DNA of 64,000 bases from Raja brachyura. Taxonomy: Eukaryota. Each line of letters begins with the position of its first letter. The stretch's first letter is position 1. Location of the stretch: the NCBI GenBank assembly GCA_963514005.1, contig OY740783.1, forward strand, positions 97,774,001 to 97,838,000, given 5' to 3'. The notes beneath the pieces were generated by a model that was given only the letters and a program-made list of their open reading frames with translations, did not search any database and had not been told where the DNA came from. A program made the translations under genes and the position numbers. This document shows positions 12,521 to 23,929 of the stretch, one piece after another.

Positions 12521-13948
12521 GGGTTACACAAAAAGCTGGAGAAACTCAGCGGGTGCAGCAGCATCTAAGGAGCGAAGGAGATAGGCGACGTTTCGGGTCG
12601 AGACCCTTCTTCAGACTGGTCAGGGATCAGGGAAACGAGAGATATAGACGGTGATGTGGAGAGATAAAGAACAATGAATGCAAAAAAGTATCGATGATAA
12701 AGGAAACAGGCCATTGTAAGCTGTTTTTAGTGTGAAAATGAGAAGCTAGTGCGACTTGGGTGGGGGAGAGATAGAGAGAGAAGGAATGTCAGGGCCCGAG
12801 GGCTGAGGGAGAGTTGGGAAGGGGAGGAGGCAGCCTGGGTTAACAGTATTGAGAAAATTCAATGTTTAAGCCCAGAGGATGCAGACTCCCCAAGCGGAAT
12901 ATGAGGTGCTGTTCCTCCAACTTGCGGTGTTGCTCACTCTGGCCGTGGAGGAGGCCCAGGACCGAGAGGTCGGATACGGAATGGGAGGGGAGTTGAAGTG
13001 CTGAGCCACCGGGAGGTCGGGTTGGTTATTGCGGACCGAGCGGAGGTATTCGGCGAAACGATCGCCCAGCCTCCGCTTGGTCTCACCGATGTAGATCAGC
13101 TGGCATCTGGAGCAACGGATGCAGTAGATGAGGTTGGAGGAGGTGCAGGTGCACCTCTGTCGGACTTGGAAGGACTGCTTGGGTCCCTGAAAGGAGTGGA
13201 TGGGGGAGGTGAAGGGACAAGTGTAGCATCTCTTGCGGTTGCAAGGGAAAGTGCGCGGGGAAGGGGTGGAGCGGGAGGGAAGGGAAGAATTGACAAGGGA
13301 GTTGCGGAGGGAGCGGTCTTTGCGGAAGGCAGACAGGGGGGGAGACGGGAAGATGTGGCGAGTGGAGGGGTCATGTTGGAGGTGGCGAAACTGGCGGAGG
13401 ACTATCTGTTGTATGCGCCGGCTGGTGGGGTGAAAGGTGAGGACCAGGGGGACTCTGTCCTTGTTGTGACTGGGGGAATGGGGAGAGAGGGCAGTGTTGC
13501 GGGGTATGGAGGAGACCCTGGTGCGAGCCTCATCTATAGTGGGGGAGGGGAATCCCCGTTCTCTGCAGAACGAGGACATTTGTGATGACCTGGTGTGGAA
13601 CACCTCATCCTGGAAGCAGATGCGGCGTAGACGGAGGAATTGGGAAATGGGGATGGAGTCCTTCCAGGAAGCAGGGAGGGAGGAAGAGTAGTCCAGGTAG
13701 CTGTGGGAATCAGTTGGTTTGTAGTGGATGTCAGTCAGGAGTGTATCACCTGCAATAGAGATGGTGAGGTCAAGGAATGGTAGGGAAATGTCGGAAATGG
13801 TCCAAGTGTATTTGAGTTCCGGATGGAAGTTGGTGGTGAAATGGATGAAGTCAGTCAGTTTCGCTCCTCAGATGCTGCTGCACCCGCTGAGTTTCTCCAG
13901 CTTTTTGTGTAACCCTCGATTCTCCAGCATCTGCAGTTCCTTCTTTAA
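12521..13948 (-). mobile_element. Penelope-like retroelement, 5'-truncated, with inverted terminal segment
   Basis: ORF 13603-12866 has a GIY-YIG endonuclease (NLIYCIRCSRCQLIYIGETKRRLGDRFAEY..VAQHFN). 12521-12577 is the reverse complement of 13859-13915. 16-bp TSD CACCA(T/C)CTTTGATTTA at 12505-12520 and 13949-13964. Confidence 0.92.
12583..12618 (-). ncRNA. Minimal type I hammerhead ribozyme-like motif in Penelope pLTR
   Basis: Minus strand CUGAAGA-A-GGGU(CUCG)ACCC-GAAACGUC: complete catalytic core, stem II, palindromic ACGU stem III and GUC site. Helix I is weak. Confidence 0.6.
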
Positions 13949-14107
13949 CACCACCTTTGATTTAAACTGGCCAGAGTCTTACATAATGCTTGGCTTGCTG
14001 CAGATAAGAGTGTAATAGGAGGAAAGTTATCACCAGTGCTTTTTATGTAGACAAAAAGGTGTTGGTACACTAGTTTAATAAACCTATATATCATATGGTT
14101 GGGAAAC

Positions 14108-14490
14108 TTCTTAAAATTCTTAAGGGGTTGGACAAGCTAGATGCTGGAAGATTGTTCCCGATGTTGGGGCAGTCCAGAACAAGGGGTCACAGTCTAAGGA
14201 TAAGGGGGAATTCCTTTAGGACCGAAATGAGGAAAACATTCTTTACACAGAGAGTGGTGAGTCTCTGGAATTCTCTGCCACAGAAGGTAGTTGAGGCCAG
14301 TTCATTGGCTATATTTAAGAGGGCGTTAGATGTGGCACTTGTGGCTAAAGGGATCAGGGGGTATGGAGAGAAGGCAGGTACGGGATACTGAGTTGGATGA
14401 TCAGCCATGATCACATTGAATGGCGGTGCAGGCTCGAAGGGCCGAATGGCCTACTCCTGCACCTATTTTCTATGTTTCTATGTTTCTATG
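14108..14490 (+). mobile_element. CR1 3' fragment, young subfamily
   Basis: Nearly identical to 2861-3236; (TTTCTATG)n tail; GAAAC on both flanks. Confidence 0.92.
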
Positions 14491-14539
14491 AAACAAAATA
14501 AAATGTACCGCATGTACAGTCACAAAAGTACACGTTATT

Positions 14540-15870
14540 ACAATCATTGAGTGCTCCTTTCTCGGATATCTTTGCTACAAACGCTATTGGACCTCTCACT
14601 TGGGAATTGTTTCTTTTCTAAGGCTTATGTGAATAGAAGCCTAGGATAAATTCTACAAAATCAGCTCTCACCTTCATAAATTCGGCATTGACATTGTCCT
14701 TACTTGCCCATTTTAACGGATCCATTCATCCAAATGCTTTCATCTCCTGTTGGGCTATTTGTGTTGATATCAGCATCTTCAGGCTCTGGAATGATTGCGT
14801 CCTCTGTCCGTGGCTCCTTGTTCAGCAGCTCTTTGAAATCCTCAGTCCAGTGGACTATTTTCTGAGAGTGGCCTTGTTTGACCCCGATGAGTATATTTTT
14901 AAACAGCCACCATTTATGCCAGTAATCTGGGTCACCTTGTTGATGGTTCCCTGTTTGCCAGTTGCATTATCTTTGTGTGGCATAGGGTCATTTGTCCATT
15001 CCTATAATCTCATGTGCCCTGCTCTGCTGCATGGGCTGGTGATCATTTAAGCCCTCAGAAATTGTGCTTACCTACCTTTTCTTCAGGGCTTGTCTAGTTT
15101 CTAAAGCAATCTATACACTAGATGCAATCCACCTCTTCCTTTCTTGTTTCACATCATCAAAATAAGTTTCACAGTTTTGTTTATAGATTGCTCTTAACTT
15201 ACTTGTTTCTCACCGATATTTCCCTCCTCTTCAACAAGTCCCTGAAGTTCGCTCTTTAACTACAGAGTGAAGACTTTCGGTATTTCAGAGGACTTTAGCT
15301 CATCATTGTCATGTTATGAAGATGTTTGGTGGATACACACTTCTCAGACTTAATTTGATGGAGGTTGCCATGAGGCATGGTCCCTACGTGCCTTCTCACT
15401 TTCACATCTCTTAGTGAAGGTGGCCCTTTGCTATTGATCATCAGTCTAGTTCTTATCTCTGCTAACAGGTCAGTTCAACATGCTGAAATAACGTTCATTT
15501 TGCTGAGGTCAACAAGTCTACTTCTGTTTTTATGCACGGTGTCACGTTTGCAACTTTCCATTACTCTGGTAGTGTTGTTCTTGTTCATCTTGGCATACGC
15601 TTCTGCCACGGTGAGTTAAGTCATGATGGGATGCATTCTCCAACTCTGCCCATGGTGTGAGGTAGAAGTTGTGCTTTGCTTCTTCCTCCCTGTTATTGTA
15701 CTGAATCAGGTGATGTTACTTTTTGCCTTTCCGCCTGGCTCTCATAAGCCTATGGCTGATGGGCTTCCATTCAATCAGGAATCACTTCACTTTCTTCATG
15801 AGCATAGCAACAAAGTATTGTCAATGATCCATCCAAAGTACAGCAGCATTATCCAACATTATTGGAATGG
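14540..15870 (-). mobile_element. Highly degraded RTE-clade LINE relic
   Basis: Minus-strand translation fragments HWTEDFKELLNKEP..IIPEPEDADINTNSPT..KDNVNAEFMK..ETIP resemble the RTE endonuclease-RT linker; many stops and frameshifts. Confidence 0.5.
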
Positions 15871-15879
15871 TTAATCCAA

Positions 15880-15980
15880 TCAGTCTGAAGAAGGGTCCCG
15901 ACCCAAAACGGCACCTATCCACATTCTCCAGAGATGCTGCCTGACCAGCTGAGTTACTCCAGAACGTTGTGACTTTTTCT
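15880..15980 (+). mobile_element. Solo Penelope pLTR remnant (degenerate hammerhead core)
   Basis: cagtctgaagaagggtcccgacccaaaacggcacc..gatgctgcctgacc..gagttactccag. Confidence 0.7.
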
Positions 15981-16242
15981 GTTTCAAAATTATCCTGATG
16001 CTGTTATTAACCTATCTGATCCTTCCATTCTCCTCTCACGGACACCCAGGATATAGAATCGAGTTGTAGCATCTGATCCCTGCTGTATATTTCCTGTTTT
16101 GTACATTGTTTCAACGTTCAATAACCAATGTTGGTCTTTGTCTTGATGTTGAGCACCTTTGTCTTCATCCCAGTAACATCCTTTCAGCTTTGATCACCAA
16201 CAGTCATTGGAGTCATTGACTTCTGAAGATAGATTGAGTCTT

Positions 16243-16600
16243 AACCTACCCGATCTCCCGGTTGCTCAACACTTTTAGCGCAATTTGGAGGAACAGCACC
16301 TCATATTTTGCTTGGGTAGTTTACACCCCAGCGGTATAAACATTGACTTCTCCAACTTCCTAACTGCCCTTGTTTTCTCTCTCCAACCCCTCGCCATTCC
16401 CAGTTCTTCCACAAGTCTTACTGTCTCCGACTACATTCTATCTTTGTCCCGCCCCCTCCCCTGACATCAGTCGGAAGAAGGGTCTCGACCTGAAACGTCA
16501 CCCATTCCTTCTCTTCAGAGATGCTGCCTGACCCGCTGAGTTACTCCAGCATTTTGTGTCTACCTTTGATTTAAACCAGCATCTGCAGTTCTGTCCTACA
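16243..16600 (+). mobile_element. Penelope 3' fragment (end of GIY-YIG ORF, internally deleted, plus pLTR)
   Basis: cccgatctcccggttgctcaacactt..ttggaggaacagcacctcatattt, then gaagaagggtctcgacctgaaacgtc. Confidence 0.8.
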
Positions 16601-17599
16601 CCTGATGGAATGAAGGGCATGGCTTCGTATTGAAGGCAGGAGCAGTTACTGAGGGTAAGGGATGGAGTTGCAAGGTTTAAATCGGTAATAAACAGAGACG
16701 AAACAGAAGATGGCATTGTACGTACTGTATGTCCACACCTTAAGGATTGCAGCAGTTCAAGAAGGCAGCACACCCCCAGCTTCTAAATTGGTAATTACGG
16801 AACAACAATTAAATACAGTGTAGGCCTACGAATCCCAAATCCTCAGAATGAGTAATAATAATGAATTCTGCCTTTAGTAGAGCTGTAAATGGTTCAGGAA
16901 ACATCACTGCCACATACTTCCCAGGACAATGGGAGAGGCAGTTGCTACAGTATATCATCTTCAGGTGAGACAGTGTGCCAGCGCTACAAAGACACTTGAG
17001 ATTGAGAGTTATCTGTAAAATAGTGGTATTTTCAAGGGCTTTGGAACTTATGTGGGTAACGGAGTTAGGATATATATCAGCTGTGATCCTATTGAATACT
17101 GAATCTGGCTCAGTCCAAGAGAATCGCTCTTGTTCTTATGTTTGTAGAGATGTTAAAATTGTTTAAATAGAAACAGATTTTGCTCATTCATTATTCTATT
17201 CGATTTGCTCTTGCTTCAGTCCCCAGAGTCACGGTAACAGCCCTGGGCATTATTCGACTACTTCCATACCTCTGCACAGGCAGAAAATGGGCATCATAAA
17301 CCAAATCCAGATTGGTCAGTTTTCTGCTACAGACATTAATAAAATTCTACTGAAAACTCTCCCAGCGTTAAAATGGCATGGGCCATAGTTCAAGTCGTCT
17401 TCCTTAACTATAATTAACAATTAAAATTAAAAAACAAGTTGAAGATTCCATTTCAGAAATAATAAACCACATAATCCATAAATAACATCAGCCTGGGTAA
17501 TTTTCACAAGAGCACTGCAATCCCCTCAACAATTTCTCATCTCCTGTCTCGTTCTTTTTTCAAAACACCTTAAATCGTGTCCTAAACTAGAAAAAAAAA

Positions 17600-18040
17600 G
17601 ACAAGGATGTTGCTGTGTCCAGAGCGTTGGGCTGGAACTTTTTTCCCTGGAGCTGAGGGGTGATTTTAAAGAGGTTTATGAAATCACCAGGGGGCATAGA
17701 TAAGGTGAATAGCTACAGCCTTCTCCCCCAGGGTAAGGGAGTTTAAAACTAGAGAGCATAGGTTTAAGGTGAGAGGGGAAAGATTTCAAAGTGATCTAAG
17801 GGGCAACTTTTTCACACAAGGGGTAGTACCTATCTGGAATGAACTGCCAGATAAAGTGGTAGAGGAGGGTATAATTACAACCTCTAAAGGATGCTCGGAG
17901 AGGTACATGGGTAGGAAAGGTTTGGAGGGGTATGGGCCAAACACAGGCAAGTGACCAGCATGGTTAGGCAACTTGGTCGCATGAAGAAGTTGGGCCAAAG
18001 GGTCTTTTTCAGTGCAGTACAGATCTAATTTGCTATGACT
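17600..18040 (+). mobile_element. Older CR1 3' fragment
   Basis: DLRGNFFTQGVVPIWNELP..GLEGYG. Confidence 0.8.
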
Positions 18041-18245
18041 TTTCTGCCACTAGAATCGTTTTCTTATTTACTTTAATCAAAATGCCTCATGGCTTTAAAC
18101 ACCTCAACTAAATCTCCCCTTACCCAGTTATGTCAAGGAGAATAACGGCAGCTTCCCCAATGCATCTTTCACTATTTATAGAGCGTATGAAGCATTGGAA
18201 TAGGTATTAGTTTATTATTGTCACGTATACTGAGATATAGTGACA

Positions 18246-18537
18246 TTTTAGTTCAGTTTAATTTAGAGATACGGTGCAGAAACAGGCCCATCGGCCCACC
18301 GAGTCTGCACTGACCATTGATCCTTGTAAACTAGCACTATCCTACACACTAGGGTCATTTTACAATTTTAACCAAAGCTAATTAACCTACAATCCTGTAG
18401 GTCTTTGGAATGTGGGAGGAAACTGGAGCACCTGGAGAAAACCCATGCGGTCACGATGAGAATGTACAAACTCCAAACAGACAGCACCTGTAGTCAGAAT
18501 TGAAACAGGTCTGTACCGCTGCGCCACTGTGATGCCA
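18246..18537 (-). mobile_element. V-SINE (HE1-like), internally deleted
   Basis: Reverse V-domain and tail, inside a Rex1-like 3' remnant. Confidence 0.75.
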
Positions 18538-18651
18538 CTAAATTGTTTTACATGTAATCCAGGCAAATCATACTGTACTTGAGTACAATCAAACCATACA
18601 TGAGTACAACAGGTAATGCAAAGAGAAAGGAAAGAGAGTGAAGAATATAAA

Positions 18652-19160
18652 AACATAGAAACATAGAAAATAGATGCAGGAGTAGGCCATTTGGACCTTC
18701 GAGCCAGCACTGCCATTCAATGTGATCATGGCTGATCATCCAAAATCAGTACCCCGTTCTGGCTTTTTCCCCATATTCCTTGATTCCCTTATCTCTAAGA
18801 GCTAAATCTAACTCTCTCTTGAAAACATCCAGTGAATTGGCCTCCGCTGCCATCTGTGGCAAAGAATTCCACAGATTCACAACTCTCTGGGTGAAGAAGT
18901 TTTTCGTCACCTAACAACATTTTCTGACTAATGTGGATTCCCTTCAGTTCCTCCCTCCCACTAGATCCTCGGTCCCCTAATATTTCCAGGAGATTGGTTG
19001 TGTCTTCCTTAGTGAAGACAGAACCAATGTACCCGCTTAAATGTTCTGTCATTTCCTTGTTTCCCATTATAAAATCACCTGTCTCTGATTGTAAGGGACC
19101 TACATTCGTCTTCACTAATCTTTTCCTTTTTACATACCTATAGAATTTTTTACAGTCAGT
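18652..19160 (-). mobile_element. CR1 with large internal deletion (pre-RT linker joined directly to 3' end)
   Basis: KTNVGPLQSETGDFIMGNKEM..SVFTKEDT fused near 18905 to aacttcttcacccagagagttgtg; (CATAGAAA)n tail on the + strand. Confidence 0.85.
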
Positions 19161-19497
19161 ATTGGTCTGTAAACTGTTACAGTATATTTGCAGAGAAAGT
19201 GCTCTTTTATCTTCTGCCCATCGGGAGAGGAAAGAGATCTATTTATACTCTTAAACAGTCTCGTCTATTTTGCGCTGAGATTTTATAATAGAACCATAGC
19301 TATAACAAAACCTTGATTGAATTATATTTACTACAATATAAATGGTTGTCTCACTCAATGCCGTAACTGTGGAGTCATAGAGTGATACAGTGTGGAAACA
19401 GGCCCATCGGCCCAACTTGCCCACACTGGCCAACAATATCCCACCTACACTAGTCCCACTTGCCTGCGCTTGGTCCATATCCCTCCAAACCTGTCCT

Positions 19498-19916
19498 TGC
19501 TAGAATTTAGAAGGTTGAGGGGGGATCTTATAGAGACTTACAAAATTCTTAAGGGGTTGGACAGGCTAGATACAGGAAGATTGTTCCCGATGTTGGGGAA
19601 GTCCAGAACAAGGGGTCACAGTTTAAGGATAAGGGGGAAGTCTTTTAGGACCGAGATGAGAAAATCATTTTTCACACAGAGAGTGGTGAATCTCTGGAAT
19701 TCTCTGCCACAGAAGGTAGTTGAGGCCAGTTCATTGGCTATATTTAAGAGGGAGTTAGATGTGGCCCTTGTGGCTAAAGGGATCAAGGGGAATGGAGAGA
19801 AGGCAGGTACGGGATACTGAGTTGGATGATCAGCCATGATCATATTGAATGGCGGTGCAGGCTCGAAGGGCCGAATTGCCTACTCCTGCACCTATTTTCT
19901 ATGTTTCTGTGTTTCT
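19498..19916 (+). mobile_element. Young CR1 3' fragment inserted antisense into an older CR1
   Basis: LEFRRLRGDLIETYKIL..FFTQRVVNLWNSLP; the host reads aaacctgtcct|atccatgtacc across the insertion. Confidence 0.9.
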
Positions 19917-20726
19917 ATCCATGTACCTGTCTAACTGTTTCTTAAACGATTGGATAGTCCCAGCCTCAACTACCTCCTCTGGCAGCTTGTTCCACACACC
20001 CACAACCCTCTGTGTGAAAATGTTACCCCTCGGATTCCTATTAATTCTTTTCCCCTTCACCTTGAACCTATGTCCTCTGGTCCTCGATTCCCCTACTCTG
20101 GGCAAAGACTCCATGCATCGACATAATCTATTCCTCTCATGATTTTGTATACTTCTATAAGATCTCCCCTCATCCTCCTGCGCTCCATGGAACAGAGACC
20201 CAGCATACTCAACCTCTCCCTATAACTGACACCCTCTAGTCCTGGCAACATCCTCGTAAATCTTTTCGGAACCCTTTCAAGCTTGACAGTATCTTTCCTA
20301 TAACATGGTGCCAGAACTGAATACAATATTTAAAATGCGGTCTCACCAACGTCTTATACAACTGCAATATGACCTCCCAACTTATATACTCAATATTCTG
20401 ACTGATGAAGGCCAAAGTGCCAAAAGCCTTTTTGACCACCTTATCTACCTGCGACTCAACCTTCAAGGAACCATGCACCTGTACTCCAAGATCCCTCTGC
20501 TCTACAACACTACCCAGAGGCCGACCATTTGTTGTGTAGGTCCTGCTCTTGTTCGACGTCCCAAAATGCAAGACCTCACACTTCTCTGTATTAAATTCCA
20601 TCAACCATTCCTCCGCCCACCTGGCCAATCGATCCAGATCCTGCTGCAATCGTTCACAACCGTCATCACTATCTGCAAAACCACTAACCTTTGTATCATC
20701 AGCAAACTTGCTAATCTTGCCCTGTA

Positions 20727-22341
20727 CAGTGGCTTGCAAAGGTATTCATATCCCTTGAACTTTTCCACATTTTGTCACGTTACAACCACAAACGTAAATG
20801 TATTTTATTGGGATTTTATGTGATAGACCAACATAAAGTGGCGCATAATTGTGAAGTGGAAGGAAAATGATACATGGTTTCCAAATTTTATTACAAATAA
20901 AAAACTGAAAAGTGTGGCGTGCAAAGGTATTCAGCCCCCCTGAGTCAATACTTTGTAGAACCACCTTTCGCTGCAATTACAGCTGCAAGTCTTTTGGGGT
21001 ATGTCTCTACCAGCTTCGCACATCTAGAGACTGAAATTTTTGCCCATTCTTCTTTGCAGAATAGCTCAAGCTCAGTCAGATTGGATGGAGAGCTTCTGTG
21101 AACAGCAATTTTCAAGTCTTGCCAGAGATTCTCAATTGGATTTAGGTCTGGACTTTGACTGGGCCATTCTAACACATGAATATGCTTTGATCTAAACCAT
21201 TCCATTGTAGCTCTGGCTGTATGTTTAGGGTCGTTGTCCTGCTGGAAGGTGAACCTCTGCCCCAGTCTCAAGTCTTTTGCAGACTCTAACAGGTTTTCTT
21301 TCAAGATTGCCCTGTATTTGGCTCCATCCATCTTCGCATCAACTCTGACCAGCTTCCCTGTCCCTGTTGAAGAAAAGCATCCCCACAGCATGATGCTGCC
21401 ACCACCATGTTTCACAGTGGGAATGGTGTGTTCAGGGTGATGTGCAGTGTTAGTTTTACGCCACACATAGCGTTTTGCATTTAGGCCAAAAACTTCAATT
21501 TCGGTCTCATCAGACCAGAGCACCTTCCTCCACATGTTTGCTGTGTCCCCACATGGCTTGTGGCAAACTGCAAATGGGACTTCTTATGGCTTTCTTTCAA
21601 CAATGGCTTTCTTCTTGCCACTCTTCCATAAAGGTCCGATTTGTGGAGTGCACGACTAATAGTTGTCCTGTGGACAGATTCTCCCACCTGAGCTGTGGAT
21701 CTCTGCAGCTCCTCCAGAGTTAGCATGGGCCTCTTGGCTGCTTCTCTGATAAATGCTCTCCTTGCCCAGCCTGTCAGTTTAGGTGGACGGCCATGCCTTG
21801 GTAGGTTTGCAGTTGTGCCATACTCTTTCCATTTTCGGATGATGGATTGAACAGTGCTCCGTGAGATGTTCAAATCTTGGGATTTTTTTTATAACCTAAC
21901 CCTGCTTTAAACTTCTCCACAACTTTATCCCTGACCTGTCTGGTGTGTTCCTTGGGCTTCTTGATGCTGTTTGTTCACTAATGTTCTCTAACAAACCTCT
22001 GAGGCCTTCACAGAACAGCTGTATTTATACTGAGATTAGATTACAGACAAGTGGACTCTATTTACTAATTAGGTGACTTCTGAAGGCAATTGGTTGCACT
22101 GGATTTTATTTAGGGGTATCAGAGTAAAGGGGGCTGCATACTTTTGCATGCCACACTTTTCCGTTTTTTATTTGTAAAACAATTTGAAAACCATGTATCA
22201 TTTTCCTTCCACTTCACAATTATGCGCCACTTTGTGTTGGTCTATCACATAAAATCCCAATAAAATGCATTTACGTTTGTGGTTGTAACGTGACAAAATG
22301 AGGAAAAGTTCAAGGGGTATGAACATTTTTGCAAGCCACTG
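20727..22341 (-). mobile_element. Full-length Tc1 DNA transposon (Passport/PPTN-like, long IR/DR-type TIRs)
   Basis: TA TSD at 20725-20726 and 22342-22343; about 210-bp TIRs starting CAGTGGCTTGCAAA; 1615 bp long. Confidence 0.96.
20945..21963 (-). pseudogene. Tc1 DD34E transposase, inactivated
   Basis: WSDE, QQDNDPKH and SPDLNPIE with 34 residues between the second D and E; HTH/GRP region present. The expected start reads AAG; frameshifts near 21885 and 21545. Confidence 0.93.
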
Positions 22342-23929
22342 TATGTTCTCATCCAAATCATTGATGTAGATGACAAACAGTAACGGTCCCAGCACCGAAC
22401 CCTGAGGCACACCACTAGTCACAGGCATCCAGTCTGAGAAGCAACATTCCACCATTACCCTCTGCTTCCTTCCATGGAGCCAATTTGCTATCCTTCCAGC
22501 TATCTCTCCTTGGCTCTCATGCAATCTAGAGCAGCCTACCATGCGGAACCTTGTCGAACCCCTTGCTGAAGTCCATGTACACTACATCTACAGGTCTGCC
22601 CTCATCAAGCTTTTTGGTCACTTCTTTAAAAAAATCAGTGAGATTTGTGAGACACGACCTCCCATGTAAAAAAACATGCTGACTATCCCTGATCACCCTT
22701 GCCCATCCATATGCCTGTATACAGTATCCTATCCTTCAGAATACTCCCCAGTAACTTACCAACTACAGATGTTAAGTTCACTGGCCTATAGTTCCCAGCA
22801 TTTTCCCTGCAGCCCTTCTTGAAAAGAGGTACAACATTTGCCACCCTCCAGTCTTCCGGCACCTTTCTTGTATTTAAGGACGACTCGTAAATTTCAACCA
22901 GGGCTCCCTCTCATCCATGAAAGGCATACAATATGATGTCAAGCTGTGAGGGGCACATTTTTCATTTAATTCTTTTGCACGTGGTTAATGTTCAGTGGCA
23001 CATTTACGGGCCGCTAACTTTGTGTTTACATTGCGATTATCTGACATAAGAAATCCATAAAAATAAAAAAGAGACATTGACTGTCAGAGCATCATACAGG
23101 CCAGATACAGGTCTTCTTACAGCCTGCCATTTCTATGCCGTCCATCTGTACTAGTCCTAGTGATCTGCATCTGGCCTACAGCCTTCTAGTGAGAAAATAA
23201 AAGTGAAAACAGCTTTCCATTCTTTCAATTTAAAAATAAAATTCATACACCAGTCTTTTGTACGAATGCTGCCAAAGTAAATGTGACCTTGAGGTACTTG
23301 AGCAGATCGGGACAGATGATCAAAGGCTCAATGGAGGTTGAAGATCTAACAAATGTCTAAACAGAGGCAGGAATGTTTCGTCCCTGAGTTTGGAGGTAGC
23401 CACCAGTGGGCAGGTCAAATGAAAATTTGGAGACAAATAAATCAGAATAAGATGAATACCGATCCTGGAGGGTTGGGGAGGACTGCAGGGATAGGGATGG
23501 ATTGGAGGGATTTGAATGCCATTTTGAAAGTCAAGACTTTGCCAGACCTGTAGCCACTGTAGGTCACTATCCACAGACTTGGAGGGTGCACATGAGTTAC
23601 AAGACTGGGCAGCGGGATTTAGATGAGCTCAAATTCATGTTACAGTAAGTGCTGAGCCACAAATCCTGTCATTCCATGGACAAAGCTGTCAAATTGAACC
23701 AATGCACAGAGCTACTATATCACTGTTGAAGAATGGAGTTTTTAAATTAAGGCTTAATCATCTTCAGCTGCTGTAGCTCCATCATACAGCCAGACCTGGG
23801 GATGTTCACTGATGGTTGCGCAGTGTTCAGTTCCATTCACTAGATAATGAATCAACTTGCAGGTAAAAATGTGGACAACATTTAGGAATGGGCTGATAAG
23901 TAGCAGGTAATCTTTCATTTTTAAAATAA

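Larger units (their letters stand above)
19372..22915 (-). mobile_element. CR1 LINE (older subfamily) split by a Tc1 and by a younger antisense CR1
   Basis: RT motifs [24 protein letters not shown]|QGKISKFADDTK are continuous across the Tc1; 3' tail at 19372-19497. Confidence 0.9.

Noticed and set aside
12998-13585. 195-aa ORF with a homologue at 59219-59803
   Set aside because: Both are antisense frames of the GC-rich Penelope ORF.
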